Positions 1-9,379 of a DNA stretch of 15,020 bases are shown here, in pieces; the stretch's first letter is position 1, and every line of letters starts with the position of its first letter. The notes beneath the pieces were generated by a model. It saw nothing but the letters and a program-made list of their open reading frames with translations, was not told the origin of the DNA and ran no database searches. The position numbers and the translations under genes are program-made. This DNA is from Pseudobacteriovorax sp. Its GTDB lineage: Bacteria > Bdellovibrionota_B > Oligoflexia > Oligoflexales > Oligoflexaceae. The stretch spans positions 1 through 15,020 of the forward strand of contig JBNKNM010000133.1 in assembly GCA_050293845.1 (NCBI GenBank), in the 5' to 3' direction.

Positions 1-1
1 A

Positions 2-130
2 CCTTATCGTGCGAATTTGAACCATAGCCATCAAGGTAAAGTTGAAAACTACCGCCGAGTGACATGTCGTTATAGATAAAATTTCAATTTTTAGCCACAG
101 GGTTAGTCGCTAGGAATGCTTGTAGCTATT
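2..130 (+). pseudogene. Possible highly degenerate C-terminal remnant of an IS5-family transposase
   Basis: Frame +2 reads PYRANL...NYRRVTCRY. Adjacent frames supply KLK (39-47), DK (75-80) and FLATGLVA (88-111). Together these resemble the IS5/IS427-type tail YR.RN..E..F.KLK.FRR.ATRYDK...NFLA. Several frameshifts are needed. Confidence 0.2.
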
Positions 131-189
131 GATGGGAAGGGCATACAGGAGATTTGGCAAAAATTTTCTGAGGATTTAGGATTTATCAG

Positions 190-3100
190 CTATACCAATT
201 CAACTCTAATCGTGTGCTTGCCACCATCATCAGTAAGAGATACAGGCTCGATCACCACAATATCATCTAGGATTATTTTCGAAGCCCCTGTTCGCTGCAC
301 TTCGATTTTGTAAAACGTTTTATGATGAGTAAAGGCAAGATTAAACCCTTGCAAGCTGGTTGGTAGCCGTGGGGTCATGGATAGCTTATTGCCTGAAAGG
401 TCAAATCCCAGAAAGGTTTCTAAAATGGTTGTATAAAACCAGGCTGCAGAACCAGTATACCAGGTCCAACCCCCTCGACCAATTTGAGCATCCTCAGAGT
501 AAATATCAGCGGCTAAAGCATAAGGTTCCACTTTGTACCTGTTCATTTTACCCTCAGTATCGCTATGATGGATTGGATTGATTAGATTGAGTAGTTTCCA
601 GGCTTGATCTACCTCCCCGAGTTCGGCAAAAGCCCGCACAACCCACAAGGCTGCATGGGTATATTGTCCTCCGTTTTCGCGGATTCCAGGGAGATAACCT
701 CTGATGTAACCTGGATTTGGCACCTGATGATCGAATGGAGGAGTAAAGAGTCGAATGATACCTGTTTTTTCATCAACGAGATTTTGATTCACTGCTACCA
801 TAGCTTTTTTTGCTCGGTCATCAATATCACCGACAAAAACTGACCATGATTGAGGTAAGGAATCGATGCGGCATTCTTCATTCCTAGAGGACCCCAGTGG
901 AGTACCATCATCAAAAAATGCTCGCAGATACCAATCTCCATCCCAGGCATTTTGATCCATGCTGTTTTTTAGTGCCTGCTGTTGCTCACTACAATATGTT
1001 AACATTTTTCTATCATTCATAAGTTCTGCAAGAAACGAAAATTTTTTCAAAGTAGACCTTAGAAAAAAACCTAGCCATACACTTTCACCTTTGCCGCGAA
1101 TTCCCACTTGGTTCATCCCGTCGTTCCAATCTCCTGAACCCATCAGAGGTAAACCATGGGTACCTCGTTTTCCACTATTTTGAATCGCTCGCGTGCAATG
1201 ATCATAAATAGATCCGATTTGGTCCGACGTAGTTGGCAGCCCATACTCTGACTCCTGGCCTTCAGTGAGCAATTTTGCAAAAAGATAGGGTGCTGTTTCT
1301 TCAAGAATGGTAGTATCACCGGTAACCTTTACATAATGGGCTGTAACGTACGGTAGCCAAAGATAGTCGTCACTTATAGTTGTGCGAACACCTTTACCCA
1401 AGGGAGGATGCCACCAGTGTTGGACATCCCCTTCGATGAACTGCCTACCGGCACACCTGATAATGAGTTCGCGTGCCATTTCTGGTGAACTATAGACGAC
1501 TGCCATGACGTCTTGCAGTTGATCGCGAAATCCGTAAGCGCCACCAGACTGGTAAAACCCAGTTCGACCCCAAATACGGCTCGTGATGGTTTGGTACATG
1601 AGCCAACCGTTTGCTAGAATATTGATAGAATCAACAGATGATTCTATTTGAAGCTTGCCTAACAATGCCGACCAATTTTGATGAACTTTGGTTAAAGCCA
1701 GATGAATTTGCAAATGGGAGCGAAATTGCCGGGCTAGCTGTCTTGCTTCAACTGGGCTTGTAGTACACCCAAAAACGAACGCAACCTCTTTAGATTCTCC
1801 TGGTTCTAAATTGCAAAATATTTGCATTGCCATACAAGGGTCAAGGGAAGCACCGACTCGGTTGCTATGACCGATACGCTTCATTGCGGCTGGATTCGCT
1901 AAGGTTCCATTGCGACCAAGGAACTCCGACCTACTACCAGATACGCTATTTACTGGTTCGGTTGCACTTAAAAAAACATTGCGTCCTTTAAATTCTCCCG
2001 CAAATGTATTTCGAGCCAACATTAAGCCTAGGGTCGCATCCCATTCTGTAATAATATATGGTGCGGTTTTAGATCGCATCTCTCCTAGTACTAGCTCGAA
2101 GTAAGAGGTTATAGAAAGTCGTCGCTGTTTATCACTATTATTGGTCAACTTTAGACTACTAATCTTCAACGGGGCTTCTTTGGGAACAAAAATGGTTATC
2201 GCAGAACTGATGTCCTCATGTTTTGTTGTGTAGGTGCTGTAGCCAAATCCGTGGCATATAGTATAAGGTTTGGTACCAGGACTAGGACCCGGGGTAGGAG
2301 ACCAATACTCACCACTTTGTTCGTCGCGAATATAGATTGACTCGCCAGAGGGGTCAGAGACGGGGTCATTAAACCAAGGTGTTAATCGATGTTCGTGGGA
2401 ATTTTCCGACCAGGTATAGGAGCTCCCTGACTCAGTGACAAGGGTCCCGAAATCTCGATTGGCCAAAACGTTAGACCAAGGTAGGGGCGTGCTTTTTCCT
2501 TCACCAACTTGGATGATATACTCCCGACCTGTCGAATTAAATCCTCCTATTCCATTGTCGAATAGGAGTTCATCGGCACTAGTGCTGGTTACCTCCGTTT
2601 CCTGTGAGAATAATGTCGATTTTCGATTCAACAGTCGTGGTGTAAAAGACCTTGGTAAGTTAGACATATCGATGTCTTCCAAAGTTAGTTGGTCCTCTAA
2701 TGTGGCAACCTCATCGGATAGAATAAGACGAGCTACTGTATGAAACATAACAAGGTCTTCATCAGCCATTTGATCAGAACGGCGAATAAAGATCCCTCCA
2801 CGTTTATCAATTAGTGCAGCAGATGAGGCCATCACGATGGCCTCCATGATGCGATCGTGAAGTTCCTGCCTATAACTTACGAAACTTTCATTCCATATGA
2901 ATAGATCAACAGCTAAACCTTTACGACGCCAATAGTCATGGGCCTTGATAATCTTTTGAAGAAGTTTTAAATCTCCATGCCCGTGAAGTCTAAGAATTAT
3001 AATTGGCAGGTCACCGGAAATGCCATAACTCCAAAGTGCTGATTGAGACTTCAAGTTGGCTTTAATGGCTGCTCCATCTCCCCGAAGATTAGATCCTCCA

Positions 3101-6100
3101 TAGATGAGCGGTCCGGTCATTTTTCCAAATAAAATGGCATCGGTTGTGCTACAGTTCAGCTGTTGTAACAGAACGTGTCCATGTGTCCATGACAATTCTA
3201 AAACTCGATCAGCAATATGCCTCTCGTGGTAGCGGTTGACTAATTCAATCGCATCTTGATGCTGTTCACTTATGCCCAAAATACAATCTACTGTAACGTG
3301 TTTACCTGGGGCTATAGAAATCCGTTTCCGGAAAGAAATGATTGGATCAAGAACAGATCCTGTACTATTTGTTAGTGGATGGCTCAATGCAAAAGGTGCT
3401 GTGAGGTCTTGGTTGCGACCAATAAATTTTTCCCTGTCAGTTTCGAAACCCAAATCTCTAGTTTTTCCACCATGAACGAAAACAGCATGGTATAGCCATG
3501 GATTTTTTTGGCTCGCATCCCGTGGGCGCCGCCTGCAAAGGATTCCGCTTTGATCAGCGAGTATTTCAGTTTCTACAAATAGTTTACTGAAGACTGGATG
3601 TGACTGATCGTCTCCAATGGGAGCAAGGACAACCTCAGCATATGTTGTAAAATCAATGGTTCTTCTCTTACTAGAATGGTTTGTGATGGTCACACGCCGC
3701 AGTTCGGTATCATCATCGGGTGACACGGCTACTTCCAAATGTGTTCCGATTTCGTTATCTGTTCGTCTTATTTCAGCTCGTCCCTCTGAAAAAATAACTT
3801 CATAATCATTTCCCTTTCTAAGCAATGGTTGATAACCGACTGACCATGAATTCGAATTATCTATATCTTTTATGTAGGTAAAGAATCCATTATTATCGCG
3901 GGTCTGATCTTCTTGCCATCTGGTCAACATCAAGTTGTTCCATGTGCTAAATCCAGATCCTGCACTTGTTATCATAACATGGTAGCGACCATTGCCCAGA
4001 AGGTGCGCGTCGGGCAAACGGCCACATGGATCTTTTATGAAACGAAAACTTTCTTCCTTACTTGCAGGAGGACTTGCAACGTCAAATCCAACAAAAATAT
4101 CTGGGAAATTTACAGAAGCCTTAGGAATGCGCTCGTGTAAAAGCAGTTCTGTGGCCTTAAAAATTGGTTCGTGCTCTAGGCGCCGTTGCATGGGTTCTTT
4201 TTTTAAATAACGGACAAGTGATAAGAATGTCATCCCTTGGTGATGGGCCATAAAGGATTTAATAATGGCAAATTTTTCACCGACGGGAATGCGAGTAGGA
4301 GTAAAGTCTATGGCCTCATAAAATCCAAATCTTCCAGCACAGCCTAAAGTTTCCATATCTTCGAGGTTCTGACAGGCTGCAAGAGGTTCTAACATAAGCG
4401 CCATCGCAGAAGCGTAAGGAGCTATGACGAGATCCTGATTTAATCCGCGCTTGAACCCTAATCCAGGTACTCCAAATGCGCGATATTGATAGTTATAGCT
4501 GGCATCCGTTACATTATAGCCAGATTCAGAAATTCCCCAGGGAACTTTTTGATCTTTACCGTAGCGAATTTGGCTTAAAATACATTGTCTACAGGATTGA
4601 TCGAGGAGCGTTCCTTCATAAGTAGGAAGAATTAGAAGTGGCATGAGGTACTCAAACATCGAGCCACTCCAGGATAGAAGAATAGATTTTCCTCCTTCAA
4701 GCAGAGTCAGTTGCCGCCCTAAGGCAAACCAATGTTCCTGCGGAAGTGAGCCATTTGCTATCGCGAGAAAGCTTGCCAGTCGAGCTTCCGAAGCAAGCAA
4801 ATCATAGTATGACTTGTCTAGACTGTTATCAGCTACATGATAGCCAATAGCTAAGAGATTCTTTTCCTTGTTATATAGAAATCCATATTCTTGCTTCATT
4901 ATGGTAGATACACGCCTCGACAAATCCCCTAACTTGGATCGTAGTACTGTAGTATCTTTTTTTGACAAGAATTCTAGATAATTCTGATGGTCTTCGATTT
5001 GTGACGACAATAGAGAAACCCATTCTTTGGTATCGGCATTTTGAATTTTGATGATGTTCGATTCCATTTCTTGAGTAATGTTCTTAACAACCTTTAAAGA
5101 GTCAGAGATTTCTTCAATTGAATACTGATAAGAATTGACGTCTCTTTCTAGAAACTGTCGGATGAGATCTAACCCTCCGTCGATTTTGCTTCGCAGTAAT
5201 ATGGAAGTGCTATCAAAAGAGGCAGCTAAATTCCTCAAAACTAGAAATGTATCGTTTAACCCATTGAAAATTTCATTTGAATGCAATGGGCCAGCAGCCA
5301 GTTCGTTGAGTCCCTGACGTAACACTAATAGTGTCCCGGCGAGATTCCCACTGTCAACTGTGGAAATGTATAAAGGGTCAAGTGGCTTTAAGGTTTGTGT
5401 ATCATACCAGTTATAGAAGTGGCCGTTGAATCTCTCCATGTTTTCTAGAGTTTCTATTGTATCTTCAAGTCGTTTAGCAAGTGTGTTTAGGGATAAATAA
5501 CCAGAATCGAACGCTCCTAAAACTGAAAGCAAAGCTAACCCAATATTGGTAGGCGATGTGCGATGAGCAACGACCTCTGTTGGGTACTCTTGAATGTTGT
5601 CAGGTGGCAACCAGTGATCGTCCGCAGTCATATGGGTTTCAAAGAAAAACCAAGTGCGGCGTGATAAAGTATTTAAGAACTGCCTCTGAGAGTCGCTCAA
5701 CGTTACAGGTTTATGTTTAAGAGGTTGACTTATCCACCAAGCAATAAATGGGGACAAAAGCCATCCAACACTGAGAGGTAACATCATAACACCGTCATAT
5801 CCTGTACGATCTAATACTAGTACAGATCCTACTAAAGCTGCAACGGGAGCAAACCACATGAGCTTTGAATAGGCGAAGGGATTGATAGAGCTTGCTGTCC
5901 CATCGGTTGCAGTTGGTTGCCATTGAAGTAGTTTTTTCTTACTTATTGCTAGGCGATAGAGGCTTCTCAATGCAGCATCTGCGGAAATAAATGCTTCGTA
6001 AGGCATAAAGATTACGTTTAGACATGAAACAAACAATGCCCGGAATATGAGTCGTGCCTGTTCCCGTCTAGCTTGATGAATGGAGATGCTTGGCGAACGC

Positions 6101-8652
6101 CAGATCCTAATGGTACTGGTATGTAGAAAATGAGGTAACGAAATATAGACGATGAGCCACATGGTGAGGAATGACGATGACTGATCTGTTATACTCCAAG
6201 AAAATAGAAAGAGACCTAATGTTGCTATAGGATTTAGACTGCGCCTAAGGTTATCTAAAATTTTCCAACGGATCAGTCCAGATAGCTGATTTTTTTCTCG
6301 ATAGCTATGCTTTGTAGGTACTCGTGATAAAATCCAGGTTGCTATTTGCCAGTCCCCTCTGACCCATCGATGCTTCCGGGTCGCGTCAGAGGAGTAGTTA
6401 GCTGGATATTCTTCTATCAGTTGAATATCGCTTACTAAACCAGATCTTGCGAACCCACTCTCGATGAGGTCATGGCTTAAGATGCGATTGTCTGGAAACC
6501 TAAATTCTAGTGTAGTTTGAAAAGCATCAATATCATATATACCCTTGCCTATAAAAGAACCTTCATGAAATAGGTCTTGGTATACATCTGATACTGACTT
6601 CGTGTAGGGATCTATCCCAAATTCATCACTAAACAGTCGAGTAAATCGACTAGCGGCAACATTTTTTAAATGTATTGTGACCCTAGGTTGTAAAATTCCA
6701 TAGCCATTTTTTATAGTGCGTGATTTCATATCAATTATGGGGCGATTTAAAGGATGGGCCATGGTCGAAATAAGTTGCACTGCTGTTTCACGTGGCAGAA
6801 CCGAGTCGGCATCCAGAGTGATGACGTAGCGAATATCTCCTAAATTTTCGATCTGTCCAATAACGGTGCTGAAGCTATCTTTATTTTTACCACGTAGATA
6901 GGCGTTAATGTCTAAGAGTTTTCCGCGCTTCCTTTCGTGTCCCATCCAAACATTTTCTGCTGAATTCCAGGTACGAGACCGATGGAAAAGATAAAATGGT
7001 GCGCGAGAATCTATTTTTAGATATTTGCGATTGAGTTCTCGAATGGCATTTACAGCGATGTCAAGAAGAATAGGGTCGTCTGTTTCTGATTGGGTGCTCG
7101 AATCAGAGAAGTCAGTTAAAAGTGCAAAGATAATATTTTTATCGCGGTTTCCCAAGTAGCGTATTTCCAGATCATTGGCCAATTTTTCGATAGATTTTGG
7201 GTTATTCAACATTGAAGGAATAGCTACTATAGTCCGTGAAAAATCAGGTACTCCAGAAGTGAAGTCCATTCTTGGCCACGGCTTTGGTTTAAGGATCAAA
7301 ACGGTAAACCAATTGGCTAGTGCAAGAGCTGCTTGGCTGGCTGGTATAAGAGCTATCATGGCTACAATTAGTACTATAGAAATGGGCAATGAAATAGCTG
7401 AAAGTATGCTTAAAAAAGGCAGAACAATGATGGCAGTTACAGCTGCTAAAGTCCCCAAATAGTATCCTAGCGGAAAGGTAAGGATTAACTTTCGGCAGGA
7501 ATCGATGAGAGTGCGCTTCATATGTAGCATTTTTTCAAATTGGTGGCGTTTCGTACCAATTAAGAAGTCGCCAATGTGAGAGTGGTCCGTGGTGAAGGAC
7601 AGGTCAGTTGGTTTGGCTTCTGCCATAGCCAAGGCTTTTTCAGCTACTTCTAATTCATTATATTCACTGTAGCGAGATATTGACTCAACAACATGACGGT
7701 AGGAATCCCGAGTAAGGAAATCCATATTGGAATAGGTTCCTGCAGGATCTTTCTTAAGTATTGCATCTAGGTAACTCATTCTTTCTACAACTTTACGCCA
7801 ATCAGTGTCTCCTAAAAAGCGTAGACTAGTAATACTATTACATATAGACATATGATCGTGGGCATGCTCCTGACTAGCTTGATAATGATGCTGTTCAATG
7901 GAGAGCCCTTTAGTTTCGAGATACTGTTCAATCCAACTCAGTGGTAAGGATGGTGAATGGCAATGCATTTGGATGCGACGGGTAAACTCAGAAACGAAAT
8001 CACAGGAAAGGCGTGGCTCGGACTTGGCAAATGCACTGACTTCAGTAATTAAATTTTGTGGTTCACTGCGAGAAATCCTCGCCATTCGTTCGGCCCAGAA
8101 AGTGGCATTACGCTGATCGATATAGCTTGTCGTAATTGATTCAGCAATGCTACGCAGGTTATCTATTAATCCGAGGCGTAACATTATGGGAAAGGCCCAA
8201 AGCTCTCCTAAGCGGAGAGGTTCTACTCGTTGATAGGAATCTATGATACAAGTGACTGCTTCTATATTGAGTAGTCCGTCGGTATGGATTATGAGATCCT
8301 TTGCAAGAGCGTAAACCCGAGGTTGACTTTCATAGTTGGAGTTGTCGACTAAAGGGAGCTCCGCACTAAATTTGCGAGACAAGTGAAGTCTTGATGTGCG
8401 AATCTGTTCTTCAATCACGTGGTAGTTGTCTAGGAACCAATTACTAGCTGGTGAAGACCGGTATCCGTCCACGAGGGATGCGGTGATCAATTTGTAGGTA
8501 TCTCTTAAGACATCTTCATTTTGTTTTAGTCGGGGAATGAGTGCATTTGGACCTCCATGTCGACATTTTTTATGCTTTTTCGCCAAATTTTGTCCAAGTA
8601 GTTCAAGCTGATGTATTGTAAATACATCGCCTGAATCAAAATCTTTACCCAT
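190..8652 (-). CDS. cgs: Cyclic beta-1,2-glucan synthase (Cgs/NdvB/ChvB family): GT84 glucosyltransferase, transmembrane segments, glucoamylase-like cyclase domain and C-terminal GH94 phosphorylase
   Basis: Uninterrupted 2820-aa ORF, a typical size for the family. GT84 motifs: HERKRGKL, YVITLDADS, GILQPRV, GIDPY, EGSFIGKGIYD, LSHDLIES, RKHRWVRGDWQ, flanked by hydrophobic segments. Central domain motifs: LPPDNIQE, RTSPTNIGL, GHFYNWYDT, YISTVDSGNL, YDLLASEARL, SWSGSMFEYLMP, PWGISES, MAHHQGM. GH94 motifs: FYQSGGAYGFRDQLQD, GDWNDG, RENGGQYTHA, GRGGWTWYTGSAAW. An in-frame TGA 8 codons upstream limits any 5' extension beyond 8652. Confidence 0.95.
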   Translation of the reverse strand: MGKDFDSGDVFTIHQLELLGQNLAKKHKKCRHGGPNALIPRLKQNEDVLRDTYKLITASLVDGYRSSPASNWFLDNYHVIEEQIRTSRLHLSRKFSAELPLVDNSNYESQPRVYALAKDLIIHTDGLLNIEAVTCIIDSYQRVEPLRLGELWAFPIMLRLGLIDNLRSIAESITTSYIDQRNATFWAERMARISRSEPQNLITEVSAFAKSEPRLSCDFVSEFTRRIQMHCHSPSLPLSWIEQYLETKGLSIEQHHYQASQEHAHDHMSICNSITSLRFLGDTDWRKVVERMSYLDAILKKDPAGTYSNMDFLTRDSYRHVVESISRYSEYNELEVAEKALAMAEAKPTDLSFTTDHSHIGDFLIGTKRHQFEKMLHMKRTLIDSCRKLILTFPLGYYLGTLAAVTAIIVLPFLSILSAISLPISIVLIVAMIALIPASQAALALANWFTVLILKPKPWPRMDFTSGVPDFSRTIVAIPSMLNNPKSIEKLANDLEIRYLGNRDKNIIFALLTDFSDSSTQSETDDPILLDIAVNAIRELNRKYLKIDSRAPFYLFHRSRTWNSAENVWMGHERKRGKLLDINAYLRGKNKDSFSTVIGQIENLGDIRYVITLDADSVLPRETAVQLISTMAHPLNRPIIDMKSRTIKNGYGILQPRVTIHLKNVAASRFTRLFSDEFGIDPYTKSVSDVYQDLFHEGSFIGKGIYDIDAFQTTLEFRFPDNRILSHDLIESGFARSGLVSDIQLIEEYPANYSSDATRKHRWVRGDWQIATWILSRVPTKHSYREKNQLSGLIRWKILDNLRRSLNPIATLGLFLFSWSITDQSSSFLTMWLIVYISLPHFLHTSTIRIWRSPSISIHQARREQARLIFRALFVSCLNVIFMPYEAFISADAALRSLYRLAISKKKLLQWQPTATDGTASSINPFAYSKLMWFAPVAALVGSVLVLDRTGYDGVMMLPLSVGWLLSPFIAWWISQPLKHKPVTLSDSQRQFLNTLSRRTWFFFETHMTADDHWLPPDNIQEYPTEVVAHRTSPTNIGLALLSVLGAFDSGYLSLNTLAKRLEDTIETLENMERFNGHFYNWYDTQTLKPLDPLYISTVDSGNLAGTLLVLRQGLNELAAGPLHSNEIFNGLNDTFLVLRNLAASFDSTSILLRSKIDGGLDLIRQFLERDVNSYQYSIEEISDSLKVVKNITQEMESNIIKIQNADTKEWVSLLSSQIEDHQNYLEFLSKKDTTVLRSKLGDLSRRVSTIMKQEYGFLYNKEKNLLAIGYHVADNSLDKSYYDLLASEARLASFLAIANGSLPQEHWFALGRQLTLLEGGKSILLSWSGSMFEYLMPLLILPTYEGTLLDQSCRQCILSQIRYGKDQKVPWGISESGYNVTDASYNYQYRAFGVPGLGFKRGLNQDLVIAPYASAMALMLEPLAACQNLEDMETLGCAGRFGFYEAIDFTPTRIPVGEKFAIIKSFMAHHQGMTFLSLVRYLKKEPMQRRLEHEPIFKATELLLHERIPKASVNFPDIFVGFDVASPPASKEESFRFIKDPCGRLPDAHLLGNGRYHVMITSAGSGFSTWNNLMLTRWQEDQTRDNNGFFTYIKDIDNSNSWSVGYQPLLRKGNDYEVIFSEGRAEIRRTDNEIGTHLEVAVSPDDDTELRRVTITNHSSKRRTIDFTTYAEVVLAPIGDDQSHPVFSKLFVETEILADQSGILCRRRPRDASQKNPWLYHAVFVHGGKTRDLGFETDREKFIGRNQDLTAPFALSHPLTNSTGSVLDPIISFRKRISIAPGKHVTVDCILGISEQHQDAIELVNRYHERHIADRVLELSWTHGHVLLQQLNCSTTDAILFGKMTGPLIYGGSNLRGDGAAIKANLKSQSALWSYGISGDLPIIILRLHGHGDLKLLQKIIKAHDYWRRKGLAVDLFIWNESFVSYRQELHDRIMEAIVMASSAALIDKRGGIFIRRSDQMADEDLVMFHTVARLILSDEVATLEDQLTLEDIDMSNLPRSFTPRLLNRKSTLFSQETEVTSTSADELLFDNGIGGFNSTGREYIIQVGEGKSTPLPWSNVLANRDFGTLVTESGSSYTWSENSHEHRLTPWFNDPVSDPSGESIYIRDEQSGEYWSPTPGPSPGTKPYTICHGFGYSTYTTKHEDISSAITIFVPKEAPLKISSLKLTNNSDKQRRLSITSYFELVLGEMRSKTAPYIITEWDATLGLMLARNTFAGEFKGRNVFLSATEPVNSVSGSRSEFLGRNGTLANPAAMKRIGHSNRVGASLDPCMAMQIFCNLEPGESKEVAFVFGCTTSPVEARQLARQFRSHLQIHLALTKVHQNWSALLGKLQIESSVDSINILANGWLMYQTITSRIWGRTGFYQSGGAYGFRDQLQDVMAVVYSSPEMARELIIRCAGRQFIEGDVQHWWHPPLGKGVRTTISDDYLWLPYVTAHYVKVTGDTTILEETAPYLFAKLLTEGQESEYGLPTTSDQIGSIYDHCTRAIQNSGKRGTHGLPLMGSGDWNDGMNQVGIRGKGESVWLGFFLRSTLKKFSFLAELMNDRKMLTYCSEQQQALKNSMDQNAWDGDWYLRAFFDDGTPLGSSRNEECRIDSLPQSWSVFVGDIDDRAKKAMVAVNQNLVDEKTGIIRLFTPPFDHQVPNPGYIRGYLPGIRENGGQYTHAALWVVRAFAELGEVDQAWKLLNLINPIHHSDTEGKMNRYKVEPYALAADIYSEDAQIGRGGWTWYTGSAAWFYTTILETFLGFDLSGNKLSMTPRLPTSLQGFNLAFTHHKTFYKIEVQRTGASKIILDDIVVIEPVSLTDDGGKHTIRVELV

Positions 8653-8929
8653 GGGTCTTCTTTCGCCAGAATTTCATGCTCAACCTTAAATGTGTTTTGG
8701 CTTTACCAACTCCAAAAATCTTGATTCCATAAGATATGGCCTGCGAGAGTTCGCCATGATCCTTGTCGTCTTGCAAATCATAAAGGTGCTGATAGATGGC
8801 TAAGAATTCTTTAGTTGACGTGATTTCGTCTTGGGGGAGTTCCGAGTCACCCTGTGTCGTACCTACCCGACCCGCGGTTCTTATTTGATGGATAGTATTA
8901 AAACTATCCTCTTTTGTTCGCGTGTTCAT
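8645..8929 (-). CDS. Hypothetical protein (94 aa), probably co-transcribed and translationally coupled with cgs
   Basis: Strong SD-like sequence GGAGGGAGAGCT directly before the ATG. Its stop overlaps the cgs start by 8 nt (ATGGGTAA). It fills the gap between two same-strand genes. No recognisable domain. Confidence 0.65.
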   Translation of the reverse strand: MNTRTKEDSFNTIHQIRTAGRVGTTQGDSELPQDEITSTKEFLAIYQHLYDLQDDKDHGELSQAISYGIKIFGVGKAKTHLRLSMKFWRKKTHG

Positions 8930-8968
8930 AGCTCTCCCTCCATGTAGCAGTTATAGATGCTGAGCTTT

Positions 8969-9190
8969 TCAAGTTGCACTCAGCAGTTCACGTCTAGTTT
9001 CGTATTCTTTTTCAGAAATATCACCGTTGGCTAAACGGCGTTGCAATATATCTTTGGGGGTTTCACGTAGCTGCTGCCATTTTTTGCGAGGTACAGGTCT
9101 CATCATGGAAAAGAAACTGACCCAGAGTAAAATCCAGAACAGCCACCAAAAGAAATGCATCCCAAAATAACCTGAGTCGTTGTAGTACAT
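8969..9190 (-). CDS. SHOCT domain-containing small membrane protein (73 aa)
   Basis: Aromatic-rich N-terminal TM helix (GMHFFWWLFWILLWVSFFSMM) followed by a SHOCT-like motif (TPKDILQRRLANGDISEKEYETRRELL). SD AAGGAG lies 6 nt before the ATG. Confidence 0.9.
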   Translation of the reverse strand: MYYNDSGYFGMHFFWWLFWILLWVSFFSMMRPVPRKKWQQLRETPKDILQRRLANGDISEKEYETRRELLSAT

Positions 9191-9231
9191 GTGTCTCTCC
9201 TTATGAATAGGCTATATGCACAAGTAGATAC

Positions 9232-9248
9232 TGCAACTATTGGGCCTT
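9232..9248 (-). promoter_or_regulatory. Putative sigma54 (RpoN) -24/-12 promoter for the SHOCT-orf94-cgs unit
   Basis: The minus strand reads AAGGCCCAATAGTTGCA, i.e. GG-N10-GC with TTGCA at -12 (consensus YTGGCACG-N4-TTGCW). Predicted transcription start is near 9221, about 30 nt before the ATG at 9190. Confidence 0.6.
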
Positions 9249-9379
9249 TATTTAAAAATGCTCTATTTACGTGAGAATGATTGGACTTATTCAGAATCTA
9301 CTGTGCTGTGTTAGTAATTTGTTTACGGAGGTTAATTAGTCCTGTTTAAGTGTAGAAGGAGTCAATTATAAGGAACGTT

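Noticed and set aside
116..189. Intrinsic terminator after cgs, and the AGGATTT tandem repeat at 171-184
   Set aside because: No GC-rich stem with a U-tract was found on the minus strand, and two copies of a 7-mer are not significant.
116..8116. Numerous 60-102 aa plus-strand ORFs in the track (116-313, 360-581, 604-843, 959-1183, 1910-2104, 2435-2743 and others up to 7898-8116)
   Set aside because: They lie antisense within or overlapping cgs, have no recognisable motifs, and are expected shadow ORFs.
8645..8929. orf94 as a frameshifted N-terminal part of cgs
   Set aside because: Cgs is already full length with a family-like N-terminus, no slippery sequence is evident, and the junction is an ordinary stop/start overlap.
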